In this document: positions 1 to 11,854 of the stretch, piece after piece
Layout: each line of letters begins with the position of its first letter
Numbering within the stretch: position 1 is the first letter of the stretch
Assembly (NCBI GenBank): GCA_965644315.1
Contig: CBFFRQ010000042.1
Coordinates: 310,001-374,000 of the forward strand
Direction: 5' to 3'
Origin: Caecitellus pseudoparvulus
Lineage: Eukaryota; Protista; Bigyra: Bicosoecida
DNA length: 64,000 nt
Notes under the pieces: model-generated
Database searches by the model: none
Told to the model about the DNA's origin: nothing
What the model saw: the letters and a program-made list of their open reading frames with translations, nothing else
Translations under genes and position numbers: made by a program

Positions 1-2119
1 GACGCTGGAGATACAGCAGCAGCTGCGGCAGCTACTGGACCAGGCGAGCGTCACGGCCCTGGCGCGGTTCTTGTCAGGCACCGGAGAGGAGCCGGTGTTT
101 CTGCCTGCCCCCGTGGATGACAAGGCCACGCGCACTGGTGTGCACAAGCTGCTGAAGGCGTCCTTCCCACAAGTCACCTCTGACACTGTGCGCCTGTCCA
201 CGCCGCCCACTGCCGCGGGGCACGTGGCGGGCGATGTCCCTGACGTGTGGGGGGCCCGCACAGGCGACGACGCGGCCGCCGCCCCCGCAACGCCAGCTCC
301 CAGCTCAGACGCAGCAGCCCCCGAGCGCTCGTACATTCGCGTGCGTGCCAAAACCGTGCGCGACATCCAGCGCACGTGGCCGGAAGGGCGGCCGCACTAC
401 ACGCGCATGGTGCTGGCTAAAGCCAACATCGACACGATGGCAGCCATGGCGCGCCTGTCCAAGACGGCACACGTGGGCAGCAAGTTCCTGGGGTTCGCCG
501 GCACCAAGGACCGGCGTGCCATCACGGCGCAGTGGGCCACGGCGTCCCTGACGCACCCCTGGGCGCTGTCCCTCATCAATTCCAAGCGGGGGCAGGACGG
601 CGCGCTGGTGGCTGTCGGGGACTTTGACTTTGTCCCGCAGCCCCTCAAACTGGGGCAGCTGGCAGGCAACCGCTTCTTCCTCACCCTGCGCAATTTGCAG
701 CCTGTGGACAGCGACGGCAGCGGCGGCGGCGTGAGCTCCGAGGCGGGGGTGGCCCAGGCAGAGGCTGCCTTGCGCCAGTGGGCCCAGGCAGGCTGCGGCT
801 ACGTCAATTACTTCGGCTTGCAGCGTTTCGGAGCCGGCACCACTGCCACCAGCGAAATCGGGCGCTTGCTGTTGACGGGCCAGTTTGGCGCCGCTGCCAC
901 GGCCCTGCTGCGTCTGCAGCCTCTGCTCCCCGCCGACACAGTGCGAGGACTGGACGAGGGCGGCAGCGCCCGGGCGGCAGCTGCGGCCACCATGGAGGCA
1001 CAGTACCCCCCTGGCGCCCTGGACCGGTGCTTGCCGTACGGGTACCACATAGAAGCCGCCCTGCTCCGCGGCATCGACGCGTCAGGGTGGTGCGCCTTGG
1101 CGCAAGCGTTCTCCGCGGTGCCGGCGCGGTCCCGCCTCCTCTTCCTGCACGCGTACCAGTCCCTGCTGTGGAATGCCCTTGCGACGCAGCGCCTGCAGGA
1201 GCTGGGCGCTGAGGGGCCTGTGGAGGGGGACTTGGTGCTGCTGCCAGGCCTGACGGGGGAGGAAGGGGAGGGGGGTGACACCCCCCCTTGGCCCCCCGTG
1301 CGCCATGTGACGGCACAGGACATCCAAGACGGCACCTTCACCCTGAGTGACGTCGTGCTGCCGGTCCCCGGTGCAGAGAGTGTGTACCCGACGCACGCGG
1401 TGGGGGGGGGCGCCATGGCCGCCTTGTTGCAAGCGCACGGTTTCTCTGAGGAGGTGGTGCGTGGCGCCACCCTGGCCGCGGAAGAACTGACTCAAGCGGC
1501 TGTGCAGGCGGGGGGCGTGCCCAGTACGGAGGGCTTCGTGGCGGCGGAGGCGCAGGGCGGTGCGGGGGGTGCTGTCATGCGGCACCCTGCCGTGGCGAAG
1601 CATCGCAGCCACCCCGTTTGGGGGCGGGGGGCGCCCGTCGCTGCCATGGGGCTGGGCGTGCTGGCTGGCGCCTATCGGCCCCTGGTGGCTCACGTGCAGG
1701 ACGCCCGCTGGGCCCTGGTCCGCCACGAGGAGGCCCGGGACCAGCTGTACCCCACAGAGCTGGATGGCGGGCTGTCTGGCGGAGCCACGCCAGTGCGGGG
1801 CATCCTGGCTGACGGCTTGGTGGTGCAGCAGGTCCCCGGGGCGCCACAACAGCCCATGACCAGTGCTACAGGCGGCAAGTTTGGCACTGGGCCCCACACG
1901 TCTCTGGCGCTGGAGTTCACACTGCCCGCTGGCGCGTACGCCACAATGGCGCTGCGGGAGGTGATGAAGGCCAGCTCGGCGACGGGGGCTCATCGCCAGG
2001 CCACCTTGGCCCGCTTGGCGGAGCTGGAGGGGGAGGATGGGGAGGGCGCACATCCATCAGATGCAGGTGGGGCTGCAAGCTCGCCAAAGCGCGCCAGAGG
2101 GGAGGCGGAGCCGCGTTGA
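1..2119 (+). CDS. PUS7: tRNA pseudouridine synthase TruD/Pus7 family (5' end outside window)
   Basis: Motifs FAGTKDRRAITAQW (catalytic Asp), LGQLAGNRF, NYFGLQRFG, LFLHAYQSLLWN, FTLPAGAYATMALRE; frame is open at the window start. Confidence 0.93.
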   Translation, partial: TLEIQQQLRQLLDQASVTALARFLSGTGEEPVFLPAPVDDKATRTGVHKLLKASFPQVTSDTVRLSTPPTAAGHVAGDVPDVWGARTGDDAAAAPATPAPSSDAAAPERSYIRVRAKTVRDIQRTWPEGRPHYTRMVLAKANIDTMAAMARLSKTAHVGSKFLGFAGTKDRRAITAQWATASLTHPWALSLINSKRGQDGALVAVGDFDFVPQPLKLGQLAGNRFFLTLRNLQPVDSDGSGGGVSSEAGVAQAEAALRQWAQAGCGYVNYFGLQRFGAGTTATSEIGRLLLTGQFGAAATALLRLQPLLPADTVRGLDEGGSARAAAAATMEAQYPPGALDRCLPYGYHIEAALLRGIDASGWCALAQAFSAVPARSRLLFLHAYQSLLWNALATQRLQELGAEGPVEGDLVLLPGLTGEEGEGGDTPPWPPVRHVTAQDIQDGTFTLSDVVLPVPGAESVYPTHAVGGGAMAALLQAHGFSEEVVRGATLAAEELTQAAVQAGGVPSTEGFVAAEAQGGAGGAVMRHPAVAKHRSHPVWGRGAPVAAMGLGVLAGAYRPLVAHVQDARWALVRHEEARDQLYPTELDGGLSGGATPVRGILADGLVVQQVPGAPQQPMTSATGGKFGTGPHTSLALEFTLPAGAYATMALREVMKASSATGAHRQATLARLAELEGEDGEGAHPSDAGGAASSPKRARGEAEPR

Positions 2120-2316
2120 GCGGGCCAGGCACCCCCCCCGCCCCGCCATGATCGTGCCCCGCGCAAGGCCATGGTCGGCTCACGCAGCTGTGAAATGCAT
2201 AGACGGCTTTCAAATCTCAACCATCTCCCAATCACACCCCCTGCTCCAACCGCCCCAGAGCATTCGGCAGTCGCTCAGCGACATCGGCTGGAAATCAGTT
2301 CAGGCATCACATCATC

Positions 2317-2801
2317 ATGCAGCGCGCAGCCGTCAGCAGCGCCCGCGTGGCCACCGCTGTGGCACAGGGCCCTGGCCGTCGCCACAACAGCGTGGTCACT
2401 GGCTTCAGGGACTTCTGGGGCTTGACCACCAAGTGGGTCAAGGCTCCCAACAACAAGCCTCAGGGGCAGGCATACTTTCAGAAGGATGGCATCGGCAACC
2501 CCGCCCACCCCACCTACCTGAAGTGAGTGAGGGCGATGGAAGGGTGCCCTTTCATGCATTTGCTGCCAGGCAGGGGGCAGGGCTCGGCGGCGCTGCGGAG
2601 CAGGAGCGGCTGCGGGCCGTGCTCGTGCTGGTGTGAAGTTATTCCCGCTCCTCACCCTGCCTTCTTCCGCACTTCCACAGGGGCTCCAAGGACGTCCAGG
2701 TGCAGATGGGCATGTCTGCCCTGGCTGGCACTGTCACCCTGTTGACCCTCTACGGCATCCTGGTGGACATGCGCTTGGGCAAGGGCAAGTCTGAAGAGTA
2801 G
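2317..2801 (+). CDS. Small mitochondrial single-pass protein, COX7a (cytochrome c oxidase VIIa)-like; exons 2317-2522, 2681-2801
   Basis: Spliced product is 108 aa. Arg/Ala-rich presequence-like N-terminus, then QAYFQKDG..PTYLKGSKD (resembles COX7A 'QKLFQ..PVHLKGG..D'), then one TM helix. Intron GTGAGT...CAG at 2523-2680. Confidence 0.6.
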
Positions 2802-3104
2802 AGTGGTTGTGATGAGCTGGCATGCGCTGGGCCAGCCTCGGGCTCCCTGAATGCACACCCGGCAATTGTCACGCAAAGATACACCCCACATGCTGGTCTT
2901 GAGTTGCGGTGACAGGCAGCCTGCCGCAGGTGTGCCGGTGTCAAAGGTCCGCGGTACTGCCTTCGCATCAGCCTGCGCAGGCAGTGACGCGACTTGCCCA
3001 AACCATCGCCACCACGTAAAACGCCACCCACTCCTACGCAGCCCCCCCTTGTTCCTCACTAGCCCTTAGACAGGTCCGTTCGCCGCCGCCCAGCCCCGCA
3101 CTGA

Positions 3105-4113
<1,009 letters not shown>

Positions 4114-4353
4114 GCAGCCTGTCTGGCGGTCGCCAGATCGTCGCCTCCTGCCTCTGCGAGTGAATGCATCTTCCCTGCTTTCACAATCCAGTCCTGCAGG
4201 AGTGGCAGTGCGTCGTGCTGGTCACAGTTGACACCATGACGGCTTTCGACGCTCCCTGCCGTCGGTCCAGGTCAGGTCCAGGCACTTCGCAAGGCATAGG
4301 CGCGCACCTGCGGCCAGCGCACAGCCCTGCACTGGCAGGTGGCCACGGAAAGC

Positions 4354-6229
4354 ATGTCAGCTCGTAGTCCAACACCTAAGCCGCGTGTGTTCGTTGAAAA
4401 ATGGCTCTACGTCAGCCACTTCTTCTCTGCTTGGGTGCGTCGCTCGACACAGAATGTGCTGCGGAAATTGCTGCCACCCCCCTCCGCTTCGGACACTGTG
4501 CAGGGGTGGCGCAAGTATGAATACGGAATTGGATTACTACTAGCATCTCTATGGCCCGACTCAGTGCTGCTGCCGTGAGTGGCAGTGCAGGAAGTGGCCC
4601 AGCGCTGTCCACGTCAGCCGCTTTGCCTGGTCCGATATACAGGTCCATCTTTGGTCTGGTGGAGTCCACGGTGGCGGCCTTTGGCGGCGGGCCTGTCGGC
4701 CAGCTGCAAGACTCCACGCGTGACAGTAGACTCGCGTTTGTCCGGGGCTCTTTGCTGACCCAAAACGCCTGCATCGCCGCGTCTGTGGCCGCCATGTTGC
4801 CAGTGCTGCTGCTGTCCCACCGCGACGCGACTGGCGCCGTGCAGGTGTCGTGGTGGTTCGCCTTGGCCGCTGGGGCGACCATGTTGCTGGGGTCCCTTGC
4901 CCGACTTGGCAGCATCGGCTCCAACGTGGCAGTGGAGCGCGACTGGGTCACGGTGGTGGCGGGGGGAGATGCGGCGCGCCTGGCAGACATGAACGCCACC
5001 ATGCGCCGCCTGGACCTCGTGTGCAAGATCCTGGCGCCCATAGTTGCAGGCTTGCTGCTGTCTGGCACTTCCCCTGCCGTGGTGGTCATCTTCATCGGCG
5101 CCTGGAACGTCCTGTCCATGGCACCTGAGCTGCTGTTCCTGCAGTGGGCGTTTGCAGCAGAGCCGCGCCTTGCGCTGCCGCCGCCGCCTCCCAAGCAGCC
5201 CCAGCGCCCTGCCCAGCTGGCTTCGTACGGCACCTTGCCAGTGGATGCCCCAGAGGTAGATGCCTCTCCTGCCCGGCCGTCATGCTGGGCTGTCGCCACC
5301 TCCAGCTGCCGCACCTTGGGGTCTGGGTGGCGGGTGTGGGCCAGGCAGCGCATCTTCCCCGCCGCACTGGCCCTCAGCCTGCTGTACGTGTCCACCATCG
5401 CCTTCGGTGCCATCATGACTGTGTTTCTGAACTGGGCAGGCATCCCCGTCTTTGCACTCGCCGCTGCGAGGGGGGTGGGCGCTGCCTTTGGCGTCCTGGC
5501 AACGCTGACGTTCAAACCGTGCGTGCTGCGTGGTTGTCGTGTCACGCGCTGCGACTCCCCTGCTCGGTACCATGCCCCCTCTGATCGCACAGGCTCCGCA
5601 AGCGTTTCGGGGTTCACAAAGTGGGCCTGCTCAGCGTCTGGCTGCAGGTTGCCTGTGTCAGCCTGGCTCTCGCCATCGTGCCCTACACTCTCAGCACGGC
5701 AGTGGCAGACCGCACCCAGCCTCGGGAGGGCGAACGACAGCAGCTGTCATCCTGGACTGTACCTCCTGATCTGCCGGTCCCCCTTTGGGCTTCTTGCTTG
5801 ATGATTTCTGGCGTTGTACTGTCGCGCTTCGGGCTGTGGTCATTCGACCTCACTGTGACGACCCTGCTTCAGGTCGGCGTGCCAGACCACGTGCGGGGCA
5901 CTGTAAATGGAGTACAGAACAGTGTGAACATGCTCATGGGATTCCTGGAGTTCCTCATGGGCATTGCCTTCTCCAACGCTGCCTCTTTTGCTTACCCCAC
6001 CGCCATCTCCGTCGCATTCGTCCTGGGCGCAGCAGTGCTGTACACGTGGTACGTCTCCACAGCCCCTTTTGATGCACAGTTTGATCTACCGGGGCATGTT
6101 GTGGATGGTGCTGGCGGGGGTGCACTGCAGGGCCAAGGGCGCGCTGACTCTGGCGGGCACAGCACCGACGAAGAGGTGGCACCCATTGACTGCCCCCAGC
6201 CCACAGCAGGGGTGCAGACTGGTAAATAG
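4354..6229 (+). CDS. SLC40A1: Ferroportin (SLC40/IREG) iron exporter; introns 4435-4503, 4575-4642, 5519-5592
   Basis: LYVSHFFSAWG, FGLVES, VAVERDWV, MNATMRRLDLVCKILAP, SRFGLWSFDL and RGTVNGVQNS are ferroportin-family signatures. Confidence 0.9.
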
Positions 6230-6277
6230 GATATGAGTAGCACGCAGGTTGTACGCATGGTGGGTATAGATGCCGCC

Positions 6278-6285
6278 AATGCATT
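6278..6285. promoter_or_regulatory. Palindromic AATGCATT between convergent ferroportin and LSM6; candidate bidirectional 3'-end/poly(A) signal
   Basis: AATGCA recurs downstream of many stop codons in this window (see findings); here it reads on both strands. Confidence 0.45.
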
Positions 6286-6415
6286 GCAAGTCCCGTTTCG
6301 CTGGCTTGAAGTGAACGGCGAGGCCAGAGAGCCGCGAGCTACGCGCTGCTCTCGGACAGGCTGGCAGGCTCAGCGGCTTGCACGGCATAGCAGGGAGTGA
6401 GATAGCACGCCCGCT

Positions 6416-6840
6416 TCAAACCTTGGGGGCACCGCTGATGTACAAAACTGAGCAGCGAGGTGAGGTGGTGCGGCTGACGCGTTCGCTGCAGGCGTGACCA
6501 GCCGAGGCGTGCCTCACCATTGTTGCCTCGGATGAAGGCATCACCGAAGCGCTCTGTGAGCTTGCCGTCGACAAATTCTTCTGTTTGTTCCAACGCAATG
6601 TTCATGAAGCCATCCAGGCAAGCGAGGATCCCTGCAAGGCGTCGAGGACGGGGCAGGCAGGCCATGCTGCCAGTCGCGGAATTTGCACGCCATGCATCGC
6701 TCCGCACCCTTGTACACCACGCCGCTGTTCAGCTTGACTTGCACAGGGCGGCCAATGATGGATTTGAGAAACTCGCTCGGCCCCTTGGACGCTGGCGCGG
6801 CTGGTGCGGCTGTGCCGGTGGCTGGAGCAGCTTCAGCCAT
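6416..6840 (-). CDS. LSM6: U6 snRNA-associated Sm-like protein LSm6 (2 introns)
   Basis: PSEFLKSIIGRPVQVKLNSGVVYKG / ILACLDGFMNIALEQTEE / FGDAFIRGNN-VLYIS. Confidence 0.95.
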
Positions 6841-6976
6841 GGAGATTGCGGGGGGTTGCTGGTGGCTCTGGAGGCGCAAGAGTGTCCAGGGCTCACAAGG
6901 CAGCGATGGGGCGCTTCGTCGGGCGAGCACGTACAATTGCTGCATTTTGTGTGTGCACCATATTCTGCGTGTGGGC

Positions 6977-9347
6977 TTAGTCTGACATTGAGTCGCAGAC
7001 AGCCGGACTGTCGCCTGCTTGGCTTCGGGGCGAACCCTCATCAGCCGTGACACGCTCGCCACTGCTGCACTGGACAGCCTGCTCTGGAGCACGGGGCAGG
7101 CTGAAAGCCTTGGCAGCCGCAGCCCCAGCCTTGACGTCCACCCAGAACAGTGCCGTGGCTGGGATGAGCAACATGGCCAGCACGTACAAGAAGGAGAGCC
7201 TGATGTTGCCCGACTGCACTGCGGCCGCAGCCACAGCTGGGCCGACAAAAGAAGAGCCCTTGTTCGTCAGCTCGAAGAGGGACATCCACGCTGACTCAAA
7301 GCCTTTGGGAATGAGCGTCACGAAGACGGCCCGTGAGTATCCTTGCGTGACGGCGGAGGCCACTCTGTGAAAGGGGAGGGAGGGCGTGGTCGTGTGTAGG
7401 ATGGGGCCTGGCCCGCTGCCGGCCCATGGGCTTCTCACCCGATGAGGGGGGCTGCGATGAATAATTCCCAGCCCTGGTGCAGGCCCGCTTCGTTGGTGGC
7501 CATGCCAACCAGGGCGTATGCCGGCACGAGAGTGACACAGAAGAGCGTCGCTTGCAGCACCACCTTTGGCGCGACGCCGAAGCGACGCGACGCCCACAGC
7601 GTGCCCATGTTGCCGAGGATGCCGAAGAGCGGGATGATGATGATGACTGCGGCGAGGCCCAAACTGCGCGGTATGCAGCCCCACGACACGAACGAGTTGG
7701 CGAAGAGCGCGCCGATGGCAATTTGCACGGACACCCCGTCGGACAGGAGGAACCAACAAACAAGGAAAGCAGTGGAAATGGGCAGCTGGAGCACCTGCTT
7801 TACCGTCTCCACAACTCCAGACACTGACAGGCTTAGAATGGAAGTGTTTGGCGGCATTGGCGCACCCTGCCGGTCGTTCAGTTGCGTGTAAACCCAACCT
7901 GTGACGGCCACCCACCACACGCCAGCCACGGCAATGGAGATGCGGTAGGCAAGGAGGGTGTCATCCAGGAATATAGTCAGCGGCAGCACGCAGAGGACAC
8001 AGAGCAGGCCTCCGGCGTAGCCACACGCAAAACCCCGGTTCGACAGGGAGTTGCTGGCGGCTTCCACGCTGTCTAACAAGTCTCCCACTGTGGGGGGGAC
8101 ACTCACGACAGCAGCTTCCAGCCCGTTCCCAGCCTCCACATCACTGGACGCCTGGACAGGCATGACAGGGACCATCTCGAGGCCGCCTTCGTCGGTGTCT
8201 TGCGTTGGCTCTTCCATGGGGTTGGCGGCGGCTGGCGTGACTTCCCCAGCGCCCACCTCCGCACAAGACTCCACAGACACCTCTTTTACAATGTGGGCAG
8301 ACAGAGGCAGAGTGAGTTCTTCCTGGCTTTCCACACCCGCCGCTCTCACGCCCTGTGCCAGCCGCTGGATGTGGGGCAAGCCGCGCACGAGTCCAGGCAA
8401 GAAAGCGTTCAGCAGCACACTGCTGAAGCCGAAGAGGACGTTGGAAAGGATGATGAGGGGGCCTGCCAACCAGTATGTGTCTGGGGTGACTGCCAGGAAG
8501 AGCACCGTGAACAACGCACCTGCGGCTGTGGTGGCCATAAACGCTGGCTTCTTGTGCCCGGCGTAGTCAGCCAGGCTTCCAAACAGCACAAACACTACGA
8601 GCTGCGCGGCGACAGAAAGGGAAGCAAACAGGGCCGCAAAGGCAGTTGCATCTAGCCCACCGGCAACTGTCAGCTGCACTGGCTCAGCTCCATCCGCGCT
8701 TCGGCAGCTAGGAACTGAGGAAGGCAAGCCTCGACACAGATCGCCGATGCAGGCTGGAGGGCGGCCATCCAGGCACTGGGCTGGCGGCGGGTCAACGTAA
8801 AAGTGGGCCACGTGAACATCATCAGCACCAAAGACAGAATGAATGAGGGTTTCGTTGCGTGTGACGTTGGGACAGCCCGCCTGTGCGGGTGCCAGGAGGT
8901 GCATGCACGCCAAGGCGGCGTCGCGGAAATTGAATGCAGAAACTCACGTCGGGGAAACCTGCTGCAAACAGGGCTGCGGTCTGCGTTGCGAGTGGTATAA
9001 AGGATCCAATCGCAACTTGATTGTAGGGAGAGTTGCCGAAATCCCCCATGTACCATGCAAAGACCTGCGCGCACAGAAGCGGCAGTGTGTGCAGACCAGC
9101 TGCGCAAGCAGGCGATTGTCGCCAGAGCCAGGCGGCACACTGTGCTTACTTCGCGGGCGCTGGAGGGTGCCTCTTGCAGCACATCGTCCACAATCGTCGA
9201 AGCAGATGCACTGGCATCAGAGCATGGCCTTTGCTGGCCCTCGCTGGCGGCCGTGGGTGCACCCCCGTCGGCCGCATCACCGTGCGAAGGTGTGGCTTGT
9301 GCAACCTCCTCCACTTCACCGTCGCTTGCAGCGGGGCTACCGGACAT
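6977..9347 (-). CDS. MFS transporter, Atg22/UMF1 family (vacuolar efflux-like), multi-exon
   Basis: GDFGNSPY (cf. YDWANS), FGSLADY, NAFLPGLV, SNRGFACGYAGG, WFLLSDGV, SRAVFVTLIPKGFESAWMSLFELTNKGSSFVGP; many hydrophobic helices. Exact 5' exon boundaries are less certain. Confidence 0.8.
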
Positions 9348-9623
9348 GGTGGCTTTGAAGGTAGCCGTGCAACACCGTCCATGGAGATACAGTGAACTGG
9401 CGTTAAGGGACACATGGATTCTGAACACATCCCGCAAATGGCAATCAACTCCGCAGAGGGCAAGCAGTTGACAACGCGCTGTGGCTGGCTGGCCTTGTCC
9501 AGAGCTGGGCGCGGCTTCCATCAAGGCACAAGGAGGACCAAACCAACGCAACTTCGCGCATCGACCCCATCTCCTACCAGAGTGACTGGTACTGCCATGT
9601 ACAGGCTCTTGCACTGCCGGCGA

Positions 9624-11513
9624 CTACAACGCTGCGTCTGGTTCGAGCAGCACTTCACCGACACGATGGTCACACAGCAGGGGCCCAAACTGAGCCCGAC
9701 GCATGCCCAAGGCCTGCCCTGAAAATGTACTCTCAGGAGTGCCCATCACACACGACGCCAGCGTCAGCACCGCCTTGTCCAGCCAGCCCAGCATCTTCCC
9801 CGTCGCCTTGCCCCCCGGCGCCCACGAGTGCCACACCGCGCACGTGTCAGGCAGCATGTAGTCGTGCACGTGCTCCTGAGCGGGGTCCTGCACCCGCACG
9901 AACGGCGGCAAGGTGCCGGACGGAGTGCCCGCCCCCTTGCACATCTGGGTCAGCGCGGTCATGAGGTCGTCCAGCGTGAGGATGCGGTGCACCTGCAGGC
10001 CAAGCAGGCTGGAGGGCGCGGGGGACGTCGTGGCGTTGGCGGGAGCAGCAGCACGCCGTGCACGAGCCGAGCGGTACTGGCCAGCCAGCACAGGGAGCAC
10101 GGCCATGGGGCGGCCTGGTGTGCCTGCCGCTGCGTCGGTGGGGGACAGGGCGGGTGTGAAGGGGGGCAGTGGCACTTCCTTGTGCAGGAGGGCCAGGAGG
10201 GCCTTGGGGTCATTGCTGGCGATGTAGATGTTGTGCATGTCGAAGCGGGCCAAGGCATCTGCGGCGCCCGCCACATACTGCTCGTCGCTGATGAAGCAAT
10301 CCTCTACCTTCACGCAGGAGGCTGCCCAGTCGCCCCGTCTGACGTGCACGCCGACGACACGTGCGGCGGGTCCGTATGCGGCGGCGAGCATCCAGGCGGC
10401 GACGGCGTGCAGGGAGTGCGACAGTAACATGAGGGGTGTATCTTGAGCATCCCGTCCTGTTGCAAGAACGTACCTTCGTTGCACAAACACCAGGGTGTGG
10501 CTCCTGTTGGCCTCCGCGTCCGCACGTGCTTGCAGCCAGCCCTTGTCGTCCTTGCGCCAGCCTGCGGGCCAGGCAGCCACTGGAAGATTGGCTGCACCCA
10601 GCAAGCTGTTTGTGTCAAGGTGCCATGGCAGACGGCACCCGAGGTCCACTGTATCGTGGGGTACCCACCCAATGCCGCTCATCTCGGGTTGGTTGGCGAA
10701 CGCCCAGCCTGACAGGTTGCCAGGCACGCCCCCCCAGTGAGCCAGGGTATGGATGTCTTGGACCAGGTGCCTTCCATCAGGGAGAGCTGCCATTTGCAGC
10801 GTGCCACCCAGCGCCTTGATGTCTGTGCTGGTCCAGCATGCTGTCGCTTGTCGGGCCAAAGGAGCCACTCGCGGAGCCCACCGCTTGAGAGCATGCAGGG
10901 AGTTGCCAAACAAGCAGGCCGGCAAGATGGCAGTGGCAGACACGGACATAGCAGTGCGAACCAGCCCTTCCACTTCCATCGCTTCATTCGAGGCCCGTCC
11001 CCACAGCTTGCGGGGGTCCAGAGCAATGGACAGGCTGCGTGCCGGGCTGATGCTGGAGCACAGCTCAGCGTGGGCGGCTGAGTTCGAGAGCTGCACTGGG
11101 TGCACGTTCGAGTTGGCAAGAGAGGGGGAGGGTGTGGACTGCAGCGCTGCTTGCGTAGCATGCGGGCTTGGTGGTGGTGAGCAAGTGGCTGAAGCACTGG
11201 CGCTGGTAGAGGGGCTGCTGGCTGGCACCAGCACTGAAGGGGATGGAGTTGCGGAGCCGTCCACGTTGGTCCCTGCTTGAGGGGCTGCTGTGGGTGCAGT
11301 GGCCAACCCTGCCCCACTACCTTGCCCTGGCTGTGGTCCTTGTAGGGAGAGGCCAGCATCTGAGAGGCACAGCGCAGGGTGCAGGTGCGGAGCGGGCTCA
11401 AGTCTGGGACGAAGCCACCCGCAGCACCTACAAGCGACAATGGCACTAAGGACAAAGAGGCCTGGTGCCACGCGGCAGAGACATGGAAATGCAGCGTCTG
11501 TAGCTCTCGGCAT
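9624..11513 (-). CDS. Type II membrane GT-B glycosyltransferase, O-fucosyltransferase (POFUT/O-FucT)-like, copy 1; probable in-frame intron 11360-11431
   Basis: Donor-binding motifs VGVHVRRGDW, IYIASND, LDKAVLTLASCVMGTPESTFS; N-terminal signal anchor and Ser/Pro stem. Confidence 0.75.
   Translation of the reverse strand: MPRATDAAFPCLCRVAPGLFVLSAIVACRCCGWLRPRLEPAPHLHPALCLSDAGLSLQGPQPGQGSGAGLATAPTAAPQAGTNVDGSATPSPSVLVPASSPSTSASASATCSPPPSPHATQAALQSTPSPSLANSNVHPVQLSNSAAHAELCSSISPARSLSIALDPRKLWGRASNEAMEVEGLVRTAMSVSATAILPACLFGNSLHALKRWAPRVAPLARQATACWTSTDIKALGGTLQMAALPDGRHLVQDIHTLAHWGGVPGNLSGWAFANQPEMSGIGWVPHDTVDLGCRLPWHLDTNSLLGAANLPVAAWPAGWRKDDKGWLQARADAEANRSHTLVFVQRRYVLATGRDAQDTPLMLLSHSLHAVAAWMLAAAYGPAARVVGVHVRRGDWAASCVKVEDCFISDEQYVAGAADALARFDMHNIYIASNDPKALLALLHKEVPLPPFTPALSPTDAAAGTPGRPMAVLPVLAGQYRSARARRAAAPANATTSPAPSSLLGLQVHRILTLDDLMTALTQMCKGAGTPSGTLPPFVRVQDPAQEHVHDYMLPDTCAVWHSWAPGGKATGKMLGWLDKAVLTLASCVMGTPESTFSGQALGMRRAQFGPLLCDHRVGEVLLEPDAAL
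9739..10424. repeat. Near-identical duplicated segment (partner 11958-12643, offset 2219); second block 10522-10585 / 12741-12804
   Basis: Direct comparison by eye shows only about a dozen substitutions over ~685 bp and no indels. Confidence 0.9.
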
Positions 11514-11854
11514 GACACTGGCCGTCGATGGGACTCAGGAGAGGAGCCCAAGGGATGGGTTTATCTTGAGCCAAGCGGGCGCTCACACAAGAAACGCGGC
11601 CATGCAAAACTGCGCACGCCGGGCGTCTAACGGGCATGAACTCACAGCCAATAGTGAGCCCATGTCAATGTTTGCGTACCTCACCTGCATTCCTCACGTT
11701 ACATGCAATGGATTTTGCTGGAGCGGCGTGCCGCACGGTCGCTGCCGGAAATTGCTCCTGCGGAGCCAAGCCGCACAACTCTGTCAGCCTGAACAAAAGA
11801 AGCCTCTGAGTTGCAATCCAAGGCCAACTTACCTGGTTCTCTTCATGACATATA

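Noticed and set aside
4206-4211. CAGTGC upstream of ferroportin as an iron-responsive element (IRE) loop
   Set aside because: The flanks (AGTGG / GTCGT) cannot form the required 5-bp upper stem and there is no bulged C.
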